DNA of 64,000 nt from Podarcis gaigeae (taxonomy: Eukaryota). The position numbers and the translations under genes were made by a program. This document shows, one piece after another, positions 25,559 to 38,168 of the stretch (position 1 is the first letter of the stretch; every line of letters begins with the position of its first letter). A model generated the notes under the pieces. It worked only from the letters and a program-made list of their open reading frames with translations, searched no databases and was not told the DNA's origin. The stretch lies in the NCBI GenBank assembly GCA_964106915.2, contig OZ066918.1. One strand, written 5' to 3'.

Positions 25559-26405
25559 TACAGAGTATCTTTGGCACGCTTTTGCAGCTCTCTCTCTCTC
25601 TCTCAATCTGTCTCTCTCTCTGCTGACTTGGATCCATATATAATTCACATATAAGGCCAATCTGATGGATTGTAAATATTCTGTTGCACTTCCTGTTCAG
25701 TTATTTCAGCAAGTGTCCCTCATGTTAAGCTGATATTTCACTCCAAGAGCACAGCACACTTGCGCTTCCTGTTGCCTGACCGAAAGTCCACTTGTATATG
25801 CAAATACAAAGGGGGGCTTGAAAGGTAAACAGATTAGAAAAGGAGGAGGAAGGGATGAAAACAGGGAGCAAGAACATGTGGATATGCCAAACATTGCACA
25901 CCTGCAAAGAAGGGTGTGCAGCATCATAAATCACATGCTGGGGAAATAGGGAGTTGAACCCCATGTAACATATAAATATTTAGTTTGTTTTCATACAGGT
26001 TTCTTCAAGGGCAAGTGTCTAAATGAATCCGGTTGTAGAATGTGACATTATATAATTCATCGATTTCTGAATGCGTTCACGACAGGTTTGTGTCGCTTTT
26101 TTTTGAAGTAATGAGTTTGCCATGGTGGAAAAATGTACTTTGAGTAAATGGTATTGTTGCTGTCTGGATGGGTTGGTTTTTTCCCCCTTGTTTGGGGTTC
26201 TTTTCTTTGTGTTGTTAATTGATAATTTCATGTATCAATATTTTGAAAAGGAATAAAAATAATAATTAAGGCAATGAAATGTGTGCGTATAAAAAAGGAA
26301 TGCAGCAAAACAGAAGGAACACTCCAAGACATTATCAAGCAAGTCAAAAGGTGTGATCAAAGACATGATGACATGCTAGCGTCTGTGCTTCTTTTCTCAT
26401 GAATG

Positions 26406-26420
26406 TTAGATCAGTGCAGG
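26406..26420 (-). CDS. TM4SF18: TM4SF18 terminal coding exon (PALI*)
   Basis: Strong acceptor ctttctgttctttcccacag|CCT GCA CTG ATC TAA; equivalent to the human PGII* ending. Confidence 0.8.
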   Translation of the reverse strand, partial: PALI

Positions 26421-26956
26421 CTGTGGGAAAGAACAGAAAGAGGTCAAATTTTAACTTACAAGTTAAACCAGAACTTGGAAGTTTTCACTTATATCCTATG
26501 CAGCTTCGCATACAAGCGCTATTTATTCATTTACCATACTTACCATATTCACAGCCCTGCCTATACCACAAAGCCAATGAGAAGGTCGGCAGTTCAAATC
26601 CCCGCGCCGGGGTGAGCTCCCGTTGCTCTGTCCCTGCTCCTGCCAACCTAGCAGTTCGAAAGCACCTCAAAGTGCAAGTAGATAAATAGGTACTGCTCTG
26701 GCGGGAAGGTAAACGGTGTTTTCGTGCGCTGCTTTGGTTTGCCAGAAGCGGCTTAGTCATGCTGGTCACATGACCTGTACACCATCTCCCTCGGCCAGTA
26801 AATCGAGATGAGTGCTGCAACCCCAGAGTCGTCCGCAGCTGGATCTAACAGTCAGGGGTCCCTTTACCTTTATACCCAAATATTCCAGGACAGAAACGCA
26901 TAGTGAGAGCAGTCCTTTTTTTCCCAGGGGGTATTCAAGAGTACCTAGTTTTTGGC

Positions 26957-27005
<49 letters not shown>

Positions 27006-30000
27006 GTCAAAAAGTGTGGCACTTAATGTAACAACTTCATAGTGAGCACCGGCACCTACTTTTCTACAAAAGGAAGCACTGGGTGGAACTCAAATCCTTC
27101 ACAGAAGAGCATTTAGCCATAGAGACTATAAGAACGGGTTTGTTTCTTTGCTGTTTTTTAAAGCAGCTTCTGGAATGATTCTCTTACCTGAACAAAGACA
27201 GAATAGGTCCCACAAAGTATCCTCTTTAGCTCTGCAATCACTTTCAGAAAGCAGATCAACATTTGGAGGCCGCTAAGAGCTATCAGAATAGAAAACAAAA
27301 TGATGTTCCACTCCACTACATAGGCAGGTTCGGAGCATTCGGACCAGGAGGCGTGATCCGTGAGGTAGCTATCAGAGAAACAGCAGCATAAAGAAGTTAG
27401 AAGCTATTATTGTAGATTTACCTCAAGGCCTGTCGAGTTTGGCAGGCAGGGGAAGTTTCAGTCCCCATTCAGAGCTATAGCCACATGACTCCCCATCTTC
27501 TCGTCCAACTTTGAGGCTATTTCAAAGAAAGAAACTGACCCAGACTTCCTTTTCTAAATCTAACCATGCTTCTAGCCCTGTGAACTAGCCATGGTGACAA
27601 TACTGCTTCCTTCCGCCTCAGTTCCTCTCCCAAATATGGCTCCTGTGAAACATGTTGCCTTTGTCCCCTGCATTTCTGGAGCTGCTTTCTAGAGATGTGA
27701 GGGATGTTATTCCCCATTAGAGTTTCTACATCAATAGTGGGTGGTCAGGGCCAGCCCTATCATTAGGCAGAATGTGGGCAATTGCCTAAGGTGGCGGTTG
27801 CTGGGAAGCAGCAGTGCCTGCCCTCTAGTCAATCCATTCTATTGGAGATCAGAGCTATGCATGCTGCAGGCTTGGCCTACATTCCTCAAACTAGCCTGCT
27901 GATCTCAGGTGCACTGGAAGTCATTATCCCATCGCTGATGATGAAGTAAGATTCAACTACCAGCTTTTGTCCATGGGAAGGGAGGTACCATCTTCTCCTT
28001 TGCCTCAGGCAGCCAGATGTCTTGCGCTGACTCTGTGGATGGGTTACCAGGGACAGAGGTGTCCCCACTGTAATGTTGCCTCAAAGCACAGTTTCTCCCC
28101 ATGTGACCAGATAGCAGCCATTCATTTCTATGGGAAGACATGCAGGCATGCACTAAGGGCCCCATTAGTGCATGGGCTAAACCCCCACATACACTGAACG
28201 AGAAGTAGGTTTTGCCTTTTCAGATTGTCTTTACCTCATTCCATCAAACTCCATGGGACATACTGAAAACTAACCTGGACCCTAACTTCAGGCTCCTATA
28301 CCTCGTGCAAAGGCACCAGCATTTTACTGCGAATTTCTACTAAGATACACGTTTTTGCAAGCAATTTACCCTAGTAGAAGGCATATTCCTATGTTACTTT
28401 TACTAATACATATGCACATTTGACTCTATATTTCAAAAGATGGGTGTTTGGATTTGATATCCCGCTTTAACACTACCCGAAGGAGTCTCAAAGCGGCTAA
28501 CATTCTCCTTTCCCTTCCTCCCCCACAACAAACACTCTGTGAGGTGAGTGGGGCTGAGAGACTTCAAAGAAGTGTGACTGGCCCAAGGTCACCCAGCAGC
28601 TGCATGTGGAGGAGTGGGGAATCGAACCCGGTTCACCAGATTATGAGTCTATCACTCTTAACCACTACATCACACTGGCTCTCTCTGTGTTTTGGTCTGG
28701 TGTTTTGGGGGCTGGTTCAAAGCTGCCCCTTAGAGACAGCAATCTTTCTTTCTTTCTTACCGGCCTGCAGTGTCTTTGAAGGCATACTCCCAGCCAGCGG
28801 AGGTTCTGCAGTATGGGCCCTGCACTAAACCCAAAGTAGATATGATCAGGCTGTATCCAGAGAACGCGATGCCTAGCAGGGCAAGCACAACTGAAATGAA
28901 GCGCTGCATTAAAGAGAGCACAGTGTTATCTTTATGTCAGTGAAGGAATTCCATCGCTTCAGTTTCCTGATAAAAGTGTGTGTGTGTTTTCTACCCAATA
29001 CTTAGATTAACTTAGCATAGAAAGTGTTCCGTAACTTAAAGAGCCAGGGGGAAGGGGGGGGGGGAATAGCAATAATCTTTAGCACAGATTAGAATGAATG
29101 TTGTTGGCAGGCAATGTCTCAAAATAGCATAATCTGTTATAAGAACACACTTCTACCTTGTTGGAAGTGGTGGGAAAATGCTATTACTACAATAGAAGCA
29201 AGCTGCAAGAAAGGGAGCATTGTCTGAACAAAGTTTGCTGGGGGGGGGGAGTTACACTGATAGCCTTTGTAATAAAAAAATTAGGGTCTTATAATATATA
29301 CAGACATACCTTGGGTTAGATGTGCTTCAGGTTGAGCATTTTCAAGTTACGCTCCGCGGAGACCCGGAAGTAACGGAACACGTTACTTCTGGGTTTCGCT
29401 GCTCGCACATGTGCAGACACTCAAAATGACATAACGCGCATGCTCAGAAGCGGCAAAATGTGCAGACATGCAGTCACGTCTTACGTTTTACTCAGGATGC
29501 GAATGGGGCTCCAGAACGGATCCCGTTCGCATCCCGAGGTACCACTGTAATAAGTGTTCATAAATGTACCAACCAAGCACGTACATAGATATGTGGACCA
29601 CATGTCTGGAGCAGCACAGGAAGAGCACCCTGAAACCATTTTGACTCTCAAACTGACCAAATGTTTTCTCTGCAAGGAGGGAGGGGGTGAGGGAACCTTC
29701 CCATTGTCTCAGGAATTGGGTAATCACCATCTCAAAGGAATGGCCAGACTACCATAAAAGGCAATCAGATAAGTCATTATCAGTTAACCTGGCAGACAGG
29801 AAAAACAACAACATTCAAATTTCTGTTGTAGACCCTCTTTTCTGTGATGTAGGTATGATGTTTGTGGGGGGTGCTCTTGAGTTACACCCCTTCTGTGGTG
29901 TATGTATGATGTATGGAGGGGTGGTCTGGAGCTCCAGGGCAGGGAATTTAAAATGTCTATAAAAGGGCAGGCACACCTTGGTTCTGGCTCCTCCTCCCCT

Positions 30001-33000
30001 CTCCTGTGTATGAGGGGAGCACCCTGTTGCAACAGCTTTAATAAAGATCAGGCTTACTAGCTGCTTTGCTTCTCAATATTCTCTGGTTGGCCTCTGTCAT
30101 TTTCTCCTACCAATGGAGAACCTACAAAGGATTCTATAAAGGGCTCTTGTATGCCCAATAAGAGAATAGGGGCATATTTTGTTTGTAACACCTCTCAGTT
30201 GGATTTGCTGTCAACATTCTCAATATGGGTGCTGGTTTTAGGGGGGGGAGCAGGAGTGTAGCGTAGGGGGGGGGGAGACAGCTGCCAGGGCAATTGCTGG
30301 GATGGGATCGAAGGGCGCATGGCTGCTGCATCCAGCTCACTCTGCCCTCCCCACAGCCTCACAGATCAGAACGAATGCTCAATAAATAGCCAATGCCATC
30401 TAATCTCCCAGCAAGCTTTGTGCAAACAAGTCAGGATGAATGCTCAATAAAACAGGTTGTCTGGAAGCAACGTGAGATTCACCCCACAGTGATGAGCGTT
30501 TGAGGCAGGAAGAAATTGGCCGGAATCCCAGAGTATCTCATACAAAAACAAAAACAGAAAATGTTTCCGTCAATTTGAGAGCAGTGGGAGAACTTCTTCC
30601 TGTTGTTGTTTTTCACCCCAGGAGGAGCTGTGGAGATCAGAGGTAGCCTCTTTCTTTTCCTCTCCGGTACAGAATAAGGAAAGAGATGGGAGCAGAAGGG
30701 GTCAAAGGAAGTTTTCGGCACAAATGCCATGTGTGGAAGCAAGATACGCACCCTGTAGGTCCTGGTGCAGCTTTCACTTGGGCAGCATTTTTGGAAGGTG
30801 TCTCGGTCCAGGAATATTAAAAGTGCTGCCAGCATGAGCATCTGGAAAGGCAGGAGTGGAAGTCACAGAGGATACGGTATCCAATAATATCACATTCTTA
30901 TAGACTCTATAACAGGCATAGGCAAACTCAGCCCTCCTGATGTTTTGGGACTACAACTCCCATCATCCCTAGCTAACAGGGCCAGTGGTCAGGGATGATG
31001 GGAATTGTAGTCTCAAAACATCTGAAGGGCTGAGTTTGCCCATGCCTGCTCTATAAGCTAGAATTGTAGCGTGTGTCTCTGGAAAGCTCTACGATTTGTT
31101 GTGTTTTTATATTGACTAGAGCAGCCTTTCTCAACCTGTGGGTCCCCAGATGTTGTTGAACTACAACTCCCATCACCCCTAGCTAGCAAGGCCAGAGCTC
31201 AGAGATGATGGAAGTTGTAGTGCAACAACATCTGGGGACCCACAGGTTGAGAACCGCTCGACTAGAGGTCACCATACCTGCACACTCCACTCATGAACAC
31301 CCGCCCATCTGCTACACCACTTCTCCCACACCTAACCAAATCCCCACTCCTCTCCACCCACCAAACCCCAGCTTCCTTCCCTCACAGTTCGTTTAATTTT
31401 AGGGAAATGATTTGTGAAACCACTTCCCACCTTCCTTTAAACACTGCTCCAGCAACATTTAACAGAAGGTGGGGACACTTCGGAGCAAGACCTCTCTGAA
31501 GCATCCCCACTTTCCATTAAACAGCACTAGAGCAGTGTTTAAAGGAGGGTGGGAAGCTCTTCAGATGGATATTTAGCAGATGGCTGAGATGTGCCCCCCC
31601 CCCCTTTCCATTAAACGTTGCTCCTTCCTCAACTGCTTACCTGGACTTCCTGCCACCTGTGCTGCTTCCTTGCTTGCTTGCTTACCTGCCTGCCATTCTC
31701 TTGCCACGCTGCAGTTGGTATGGCCACCTATTGGTAGGCATATGAACTACAGCGTGATGCTCACAATAATATGGCATACTATAAAGGGATATTATGAGCC
31801 TGGCGGTAAGTTATGCCTAAAACGGTTGTGTAAAAATTATAATATAAATAATTTTTGATCAGATGGTGCTGAACATCTAATCTTCACAAAGTTAAAATGA
31901 ATGTCTTTCCCAAATAAATGAGTAACCATAACCAGATCCCTTGCAGCTGAAAAAATTTGGAGATAAAAATCTCTCTCCTTTTGGAAAATAAATACTGGCT
32001 TCTAGTTGTGTCTAGCAGGTCCAATCTGTGATGTATGATATATTAAAAGGGAAAAGTAGATTTTGCTACAATATCCATCTAGGAACCTAGGAAGCTGTTT
32101 TATAAAGAGCCAGACTATTGGTCTATCTAGTTCAGCTCTGGCAGCAGCTCTGAAAGCTTTCAGACCAGGTTATCTCCCAGCTCTATCTGGGAGAATTGGA
32201 ACTGGGATTTTCTGCATACGAGGCAAATGCACTTCCATTAAGCTATGGCCCCTGCTCTATATTGAGGGGAATACAAAGGATAGTCACCATGAAGTCCCAT
32301 TGAAATCCATTTGACTTAAGTTAACCACCTAACTCCTGATCTTATTTACTTAGAAGGCAGTCCTGCTAAATTCAAAGGAGCGTGTTTTCCAATAAGCACA
32401 GTTGCCTTATGTAACTCTACACTGAGCTGCTCTGATTTTGAATTCAATGGTATAAACACTTTGAAATACAGTGGTACCTTGGGTTAAGTACTTAATTCGT
32501 TCTGGAGGTCCGTTCTTAACCCGAAACTGTTCTTAACCTGAAGCACCACTTTAGCTAATGGGGCCACCTGCTGCCGCCACACTGTCGGAGGACGATTTCT
32601 GTTCTCATCCTGAAGCAAAGTTCTTAACCCGAGGTACTATTTCTGGGTTAGCGAAGTCTGTAACCTGAAGCATATGTAACCTGAAGCGTATGTAACCCAA
32701 GGTACCACTGTACATAAAGGAATAAAGGAAGCACTTTGTTTGGTATTCAGTCCAACAAACACTGGCTACCATAGTCATCTGCCAGTTCTCATTAGTTCAA
32801 GCTCATGTCATACATATTGAGATCACACTTATATTACTCTAGAGTAGGATGGAAGGCTCTGCCAGTTTTGGTTTTCTCAGTTTTCCATTTTTTTCCAATT
32901 TAAAGTTCAATTCTCCACATTTCTGCCACCATTTGCGGGGTGTGTGTGTTGCTTTTTTTGTTTTTTAAAATCCTTATAAAAATGATCAGCATTTTAATCT

Positions 33001-34010
33001 GACTTATTCCTAACAAATATATTTTTGCCCTGAACATATGGGATACAGCAATTTCTGAGCATCTCAGCAGACGCAGGAGAGCAAATAAAGGCATAACGAA
33101 TAGAGACACATTCCAAGAAACGTGGACCTCTTTCTTTAACTATGTTAATGGCCCAAATCAAGACTTTGTTATACCAAACTGCTCAGTATTCTCAGTGGAG
33201 GGAATACATTAAGGAATATGCTTGAACACTGAATGTGTAAGTTTATGTTTAAAGTCAATGGCTAGAAGAAACACTGCTGGAGAAGTGGCTCTTGTATTTG
33301 AATTTGTTTAAAGAGCAATAAAAAATTGTATGTAACTTTGAATAACATACACTTTTTTGCAAGCAATTTCCCCTGATATAATGCATTTTGTACGTTATGT
33401 TCACTGACATATGCACACTTTCCCCTAATATATTTGTAAAAATATTAGTTTACAAATGTATCACAAAATTTGAATAAGAGAGAATTTTGGAAGGTGGCTC
33501 TGTTTCGGCTCTCATATTGTTCTAGAAAATGCAGATTTGATCGATTCAGCTTTAAATGTGAAATGAATTCCGCCGCCCCGCCATCCCTCCTCTGTAGTAA
33601 ATGTTTTTGTATGTTGTTGGCAAATAAGCCTATATTAAAAAGCACTTTCTTCTGGGTGGCTGTCCCCCTTGATTTCAGGATCCCAATTACATTTCCTGTC
33701 TCTAAAATAAAGCCACTTCTCTTTTCTTCCCATCTGCCCCTTCAGACATTGCAAGACCACACAGCAGATTAGCACCTTGTTGCAGGGATCCCTAGAGAAG
33801 CAATCAAAAAAAGAAAGCAGAAACCACACTTACCATAACACCAGAGAAACAGATTCCTTCAAAATACCACACATAGTTGGTGAGATTGTTGCTGGAAGCA
33901 TACAGAGCTTTCCCATCAGGAAAATAGAGCAGGATATTTATAACAATGCTCCAAAGTGCTAGGGGAATTAACAGGCAACTGAGGCAGCCGCCACACTTTT
34001 GTAACCCCAT
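26406..34010 (-). CDS. TM4SF18: Transmembrane 4 L six family member 18, complete CDS, 5 coding exons, 201 aa
   Basis: Exons of 177+90+143+181+15 nt. MGLQKCGGCLSCLLIPLALWSIVINILLYFP...NYVWYFEGICFSG closely matches human TM4SF18 as recalled; syntenic with CP. Confidence 0.93.
26578..26872 (+). mobile_element. Sauria SINE, 5'-truncated
   Basis: Family similarity; cctttaccttta tail. Confidence 0.82.
26959..27002. repeat. (CT)n microsatellite
   Basis: Directly visible. Confidence 0.95.
27188..27368 (-). CDS. TM4SF18: TM4SF18 coding exon 4
   Basis: YLTDHASWSECSEPAYVVEWNIILFSILIALSGLQMLICFLKVIAELKRILCGTYSVFVQ; not in the ORF track. Confidence 0.92.
28445..28684 (-). mobile_element. tRNA-derived squamate SINE (Squam3-like)
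   Basis: Three similar copies in the window; A/B-box-like head. Confidence 0.75.
28761..28903 (-). CDS. TM4SF18: TM4SF18 coding exon 3
   Basis: RFISVVLALLGIAFSGYSLIISTLGLVQGPYCRTSAGWEYAFKDTAG; not in the ORF track. Confidence 0.92.
29301..29547. mobile_element. Tigger-like MITE (different internal sequence)
   Basis: Right TIR intact, left TIR degenerate; TA flanks. Confidence 0.7.
29565..30190 (+). mobile_element. Possible solo LTR in TM4SF18 intron 2
   Basis: TG...CA ends, TATAAAA near 29959 and AATAAA near 30040; no target duplication found. Confidence 0.4.
30752..30841 (-). CDS. TM4SF18: TM4SF18 coding exon 2
   Basis: MLMLAALLIFLDRDTFQKCCPSESCTRTYR; ttccag| and |GTGCGT. Confidence 0.9.
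30913..31048. mobile_element. Palindromic hAT-type MITE
   Basis: TIR CAGGCATAGGCAAACT; perfect 8-bp duplication CTCTATAA. Confidence 0.85.
31122..31259. mobile_element. Palindromic hAT-type MITE
   Basis: Perfect 8-bp duplication GACTAGAG; actacaactcccatc core also found near 10740, 11400, 40580, 42280, 49245, 59370. Confidence 0.8.
32469..32710. mobile_element. Tigger-like MITE
   Basis: TIRs and TA duplication. Confidence 0.85.
33834..34010 (-). CDS. TM4SF18: TM4SF18 coding exon 1
   Basis: ATG 34010; donor ATG|GTAAGT. Confidence 0.93.
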
Positions 34011-34405
34011 CTCAAAAGGGCAGAGAAGGTGGTGGCCAATCCTTCCTGCCAAGTTGTCAAACGTCTCAACTTTCTTGTTTCAACTGAGTCATTTCGCATT
34101 GACAAGAACCCGGTTGCCGGGATATGATTCTTCTCAAACAAGCTCAGTGCCCAGCAAATAAAAGCTTTGCGGTTCGTAGAACAATAGGCAAATGCCACTG
34201 GCTTGAGTTCTTGTCATATCCTTGAAAGGAGGGGAAGGTGTTCCTCTGAGGAAATTCGCCTCTAAAGGGAATTCCGACTCAAACCTCAGTCGCTCTTCGG
34301 AAGACAGGGGACTCAGTAAAGAAAAAGCACTTTATATGAATTATAATACTATGACACCAGATGGTGCTGTGGAGTCCTGTCTTTCGCCAATGGGATTTCC
34401 CTTTA

Positions 34406-34636
34406 CAGTGGTACCTCGGGTTGCATACGCTTCAGGTTACAGACGCTTCAGGTTACAGACTCCGCTAACCCAGAAATAGTACCTCGGGTTAAGAACTTTG
34501 CTTCAGGATGAGAAGAGAAATCGTGTGGCAGCAGCAGGAGGCCCCATTAGCTAAAGTAGTGCTTCAGGTTAAGAACAGTTTCAAGTTAAGAACAGACCTC
34601 CAGAACGAATTAAGTACTTAACCTGAGGTACCACTG
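34406..34636. mobile_element. Tigger-like MITE
   Basis: TIRs and TA duplication. Confidence 0.85.
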
Positions 34637-34828
34637 TATGAAGTTTACAATGCATTTAACTGAATCGCTTTTTTTCATATGTCTAGATCCAGCCAGGGCA
34701 TAGGAAGGGGGGTGGCAGTCCGACCCTGGTGTCATCCTTGAGGGGAGGTGACAAAATCCCCCCCGGACACTGATCGCCATGCCGATCACACCCCCACCCC
34801 GGGTGCATGGCATATGCACCGCTCTGGG

Positions 34829-34918
34829 CATAGCTGTCAATGTTTCCCCCTTTTTAAGGGAAATCCCCTTATTCCGAATAGGATTCCTCACAAGAAAAGG
34901 GAAAAGTTGACAGCTATG
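34829..34918. mobile_element. About 90-bp hAT-type MITE
   Basis: TIR CATAGCTGTCAA; perfect 8-bp duplication GCTCTGGG. Confidence 0.85.
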
Positions 34919-37046
34919 GCTCTGGGTGCCCCAGTGACTAGTTCCACCGCTGGATCCAGCCAGGGTTTCTCCAAAAATAAAAGAAAAACAGGACAAGGTT
35001 ATGTAGGTAGGACCAATTGACTGCCTGTTTTTCATTTTCCATAGCAGCATGCAGTTGGGTTGGCATTTAACTGAGCTTGGGGCCTCAAGCTCACCCAGAA
35101 AACATGCCCTCTTGCCAGATGCGCCAACGCTGTACGAGGTACAGTTGATTAGGATGCCAAACCAATTCTCTTCTTTACCTTGGTGCTGCTTTGTTAGGAT
35201 GATGGTCCAAGTTGGCTCCAAGTTTCCAGAGAGCTGGGTGAGCACCCGGAATAAGGAGTTGATGTTTACATGCCTCTACATCCCAAAATAAGTCTTAGTC
35301 CATCCCCAAACATTAACTCACCTTCCCACTCGCAGTGACTGTCCCATTTCAGATGCAGTAGCATTTGTCTCCATTTCAAAGAGGTTTGGGTTTTTTGTAC
35401 TTTAATACGTGATACCCATAAGAACAAATAAGCATAACTGTTAAAAGCAGGTGATGGGTAATACTGTATTGGTCTGAATATAGGCTGCACTCCCCCCCCC
35501 CCCCAAAAAAATCTAGCTTGTATAAAACCTGAGTGAGGTTTATAATCATGTACTTCTAGGTAGAGAAGCCATGATTTGAAATGAGATATTGGGACCCACG
35601 TAGGGCTTTGGGATACTTCAGAAGTTTTTTTTGTAAAAGGATCACTTGTCCTTCTCGGCAGGTATCACTCGATGCTTGGCTGAATTGATTTTAGAATGAA
35701 TTGATTTTAGAACGTTTTTCAATTAATTGATTGTGATTTTATATAAACTGTGTTATTTTTACTGTTGCCAGCCGCTCTGAGCTTTATGGTACATGTTTTC
35801 CTTTCAAAAAGATCTCGTTCCGGGAAGCGCAGTTTATATTTGGAGGTGGCTTATATTTGGACCAATTTGGTACCTCTTCCTGAAACCCTGTCATCTAAAG
35901 CCGAATAGACAACACTAGATTAGGTGAACAACTAGTTTGACAAAAGGCTGGGTCTTCCATGCACCAGGGTGTGGCAACCTGTTTCAGGTGGCTTCATGAG
36001 GAAAGGATAGCTGCAGACAAGAATTTGTGTGTGAAAAGTACAACAAGACTTTTTACTGGCTCCAGCATTTGGGCTCAACTTTAGGCAACAAAAATTATCT
36101 CATACCTGGTAGAAGGCATCTTTCTATGTTCTTCCTAACCTGTTTTCACAAAAACGTAGAACAATTTCAATTCTAGTATCAAAATATAGGATGCACTTTT
36201 TTTCTTGAAAACAGAATTCAGTGTACTGCAGTTCTAAATGCAGATGTGTGGGAATAAGTTGAGGGAGGGCTATCATTTAACTGAGTAAATTCCTTTTATT
36301 AGTGGTTTTGTTTGTTGAAACGTGACTACTGATTTCAGACTGCATGCGGGTGCTAGTAACATTATGTTTATCGAATAGGATTAGAGTATATACAACTCTC
36401 TGGCTGGGCTCTAAATGTAGGCCTGCAGCAGGGTTTCTCCCACCCCAGAAAGAAGGGAGTTTGGGTTGTACTTGGGATGCAATGTCTGAAGACCACACCA
36501 TTTGTGTGCTGCTTTTCCACAGCTCAAAGTGGCTTTCCACAGGCAAAAAAATTTAATCATAGATTGTGCATGCCAAACAGAAGAAATGTCTTCTGCTTTT
36601 GTTGGATTGCTAATTAACAGACAGTTTCTCAACTGTTGCTTAGTGTTGCAATAGTTACAGCTACATTCCCATAAATGACAAGTTTCCTAGTTGTTGTTGC
36701 TTGCCGAGAGAGTTGAATAACCTACCTGCTGACTGAAACCAAATTTGATCAAAAGCAATTCATTTGCCAGATGTAAGGTTTTTGTTCTGAAAGGGTTTAG
36801 AATTCCTCAGTAGGCGTTATGTCATTGCCATCATTTCATGTTAGTCTCTACTCGCATAAGAAAGCCGAAAAGATTTTTGTCATGACTTATAAATATCACT
36901 TCCAGTTTTGCACTAACTGCAAATCAAGTGTGCAAGAGGATATCTTCTTACAGTGAGGAGAGATGAAAGACAAGGAACACATATACACTGCAAACATAAG
37001 ATGGTTTTATACCACTTAACTACAAAGGTTTCTTCAAAGGTTTCTT

Positions 37047-38168
37047 CAAGGTGCCCCATGATATTCTTGTAAAGAAGCTGGTAAAATGCGGACTTAACTA
37101 TGCTACCACTCAGTGGATTTGTAACTGGCTGTCTGACCGAACCCAAAGGGTGCTCATCAATGGTTCCTCTTCATCCTGGAGAAGAGTGACTAGTGGGGTG
37201 CCACAGGGTTCTGTCTTGGGCCCCGTCTTATTCAACATCTTTATCAACGACTTGGATGATGGACTCAAGGGCATCCTGATCAAATTTGCAGATGACACCA
37301 AACTGGGAGGGGTGGCTAACACCCCAGAGGACAGGATCACACTTCAAAACGACCTTGACAGATTAGAGAACTGGGCCAAAACAAACAAGATGAATTTTAA
37401 TAGGGAGAAATGTAAAGTGTTGCACTTGGGCAAAAAAAATGAGAGGCACAAATACAAGATGGGTGACACCTGGCTTGAGAGCAGTACATGTGAAAAGGAT
37501 CTAGGAGTCTTGGTTGACCACAAACTTGACATGAGCCAACAGTGTCATGCGGCAGCTAAAAAAGCCAATGCAATTCTGGGCTGCATCAATAGGAGTATTG
37601 CATCTAGATCAAGGGAAGTAATAGTGCCACTGTATTCTGCTCTGGTCAGACCTCACCTGGAGTACTGTGTCCAGTTCTGGGCACCACAGTTCAAGAAGGA
37701 CACTGACAAACTGGAACGTGTCCAGAGGAGGGCAACCAAAATGGTCAAAGGCCTGGAAACGATGCCTTATGAGGAATGGCTAAGGGAGCTGGGCATGTTT
37801 AGCCTGGAGAAGAGGAGGTTAAGGGGTGATATGATAGCCATGTTCAAATATATAAAAGGATGTCACATAGAGGAGGGAGAAAGGTTGTTTTCTGCTGCTC
37901 CAGAGAAGCGGACACAGAGCAATGGTTCCAAACTACAAGAAAAAAGATTCCATCTAAACATTAGGAAGAACTTCCTGACAGTAAGAGCTGTTTGACAGTG
38001 GAATTTGCTGCCAAGGAGTGTGATGGAGTCTCCTTCTTTGGAGGTCTTTAAGCAGAGGCTTGACAACCATATGTCAGGAGTGCTCTGATGGTGTTTCCTG
38101 CTTGGCATGGGGTTGGACTCAATGGCCCTTGTGGTCTCTTCCAACTCTATGATTCTATGATTCTATGA
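37047..38168 (+). mobile_element. CR1 LINE, 5'-truncated, reverse-transcriptase C-terminal half and 3' tail
   Basis: 314-aa ORF with [34 protein letters not shown]; (ATTCTAT) repeat tail. Confidence 0.95.

Noticed and set aside
26019-26033. TGFI* as the last TM4SF18 exon
   Set aside because: No AG acceptor in front of it; PALI* at 26420-26406 has a strong acceptor and gives 201 aa.
34610-35245. 211-aa minus-strand ORF upstream of TM4SF18
   Set aside because: Runs through two MITEs, has no recognisable domain and no supporting splice structure.
37051-37995. 314-aa ORF as a host gene
   Set aside because: It is the reverse-transcriptase region of a 5'-truncated CR1 LINE.
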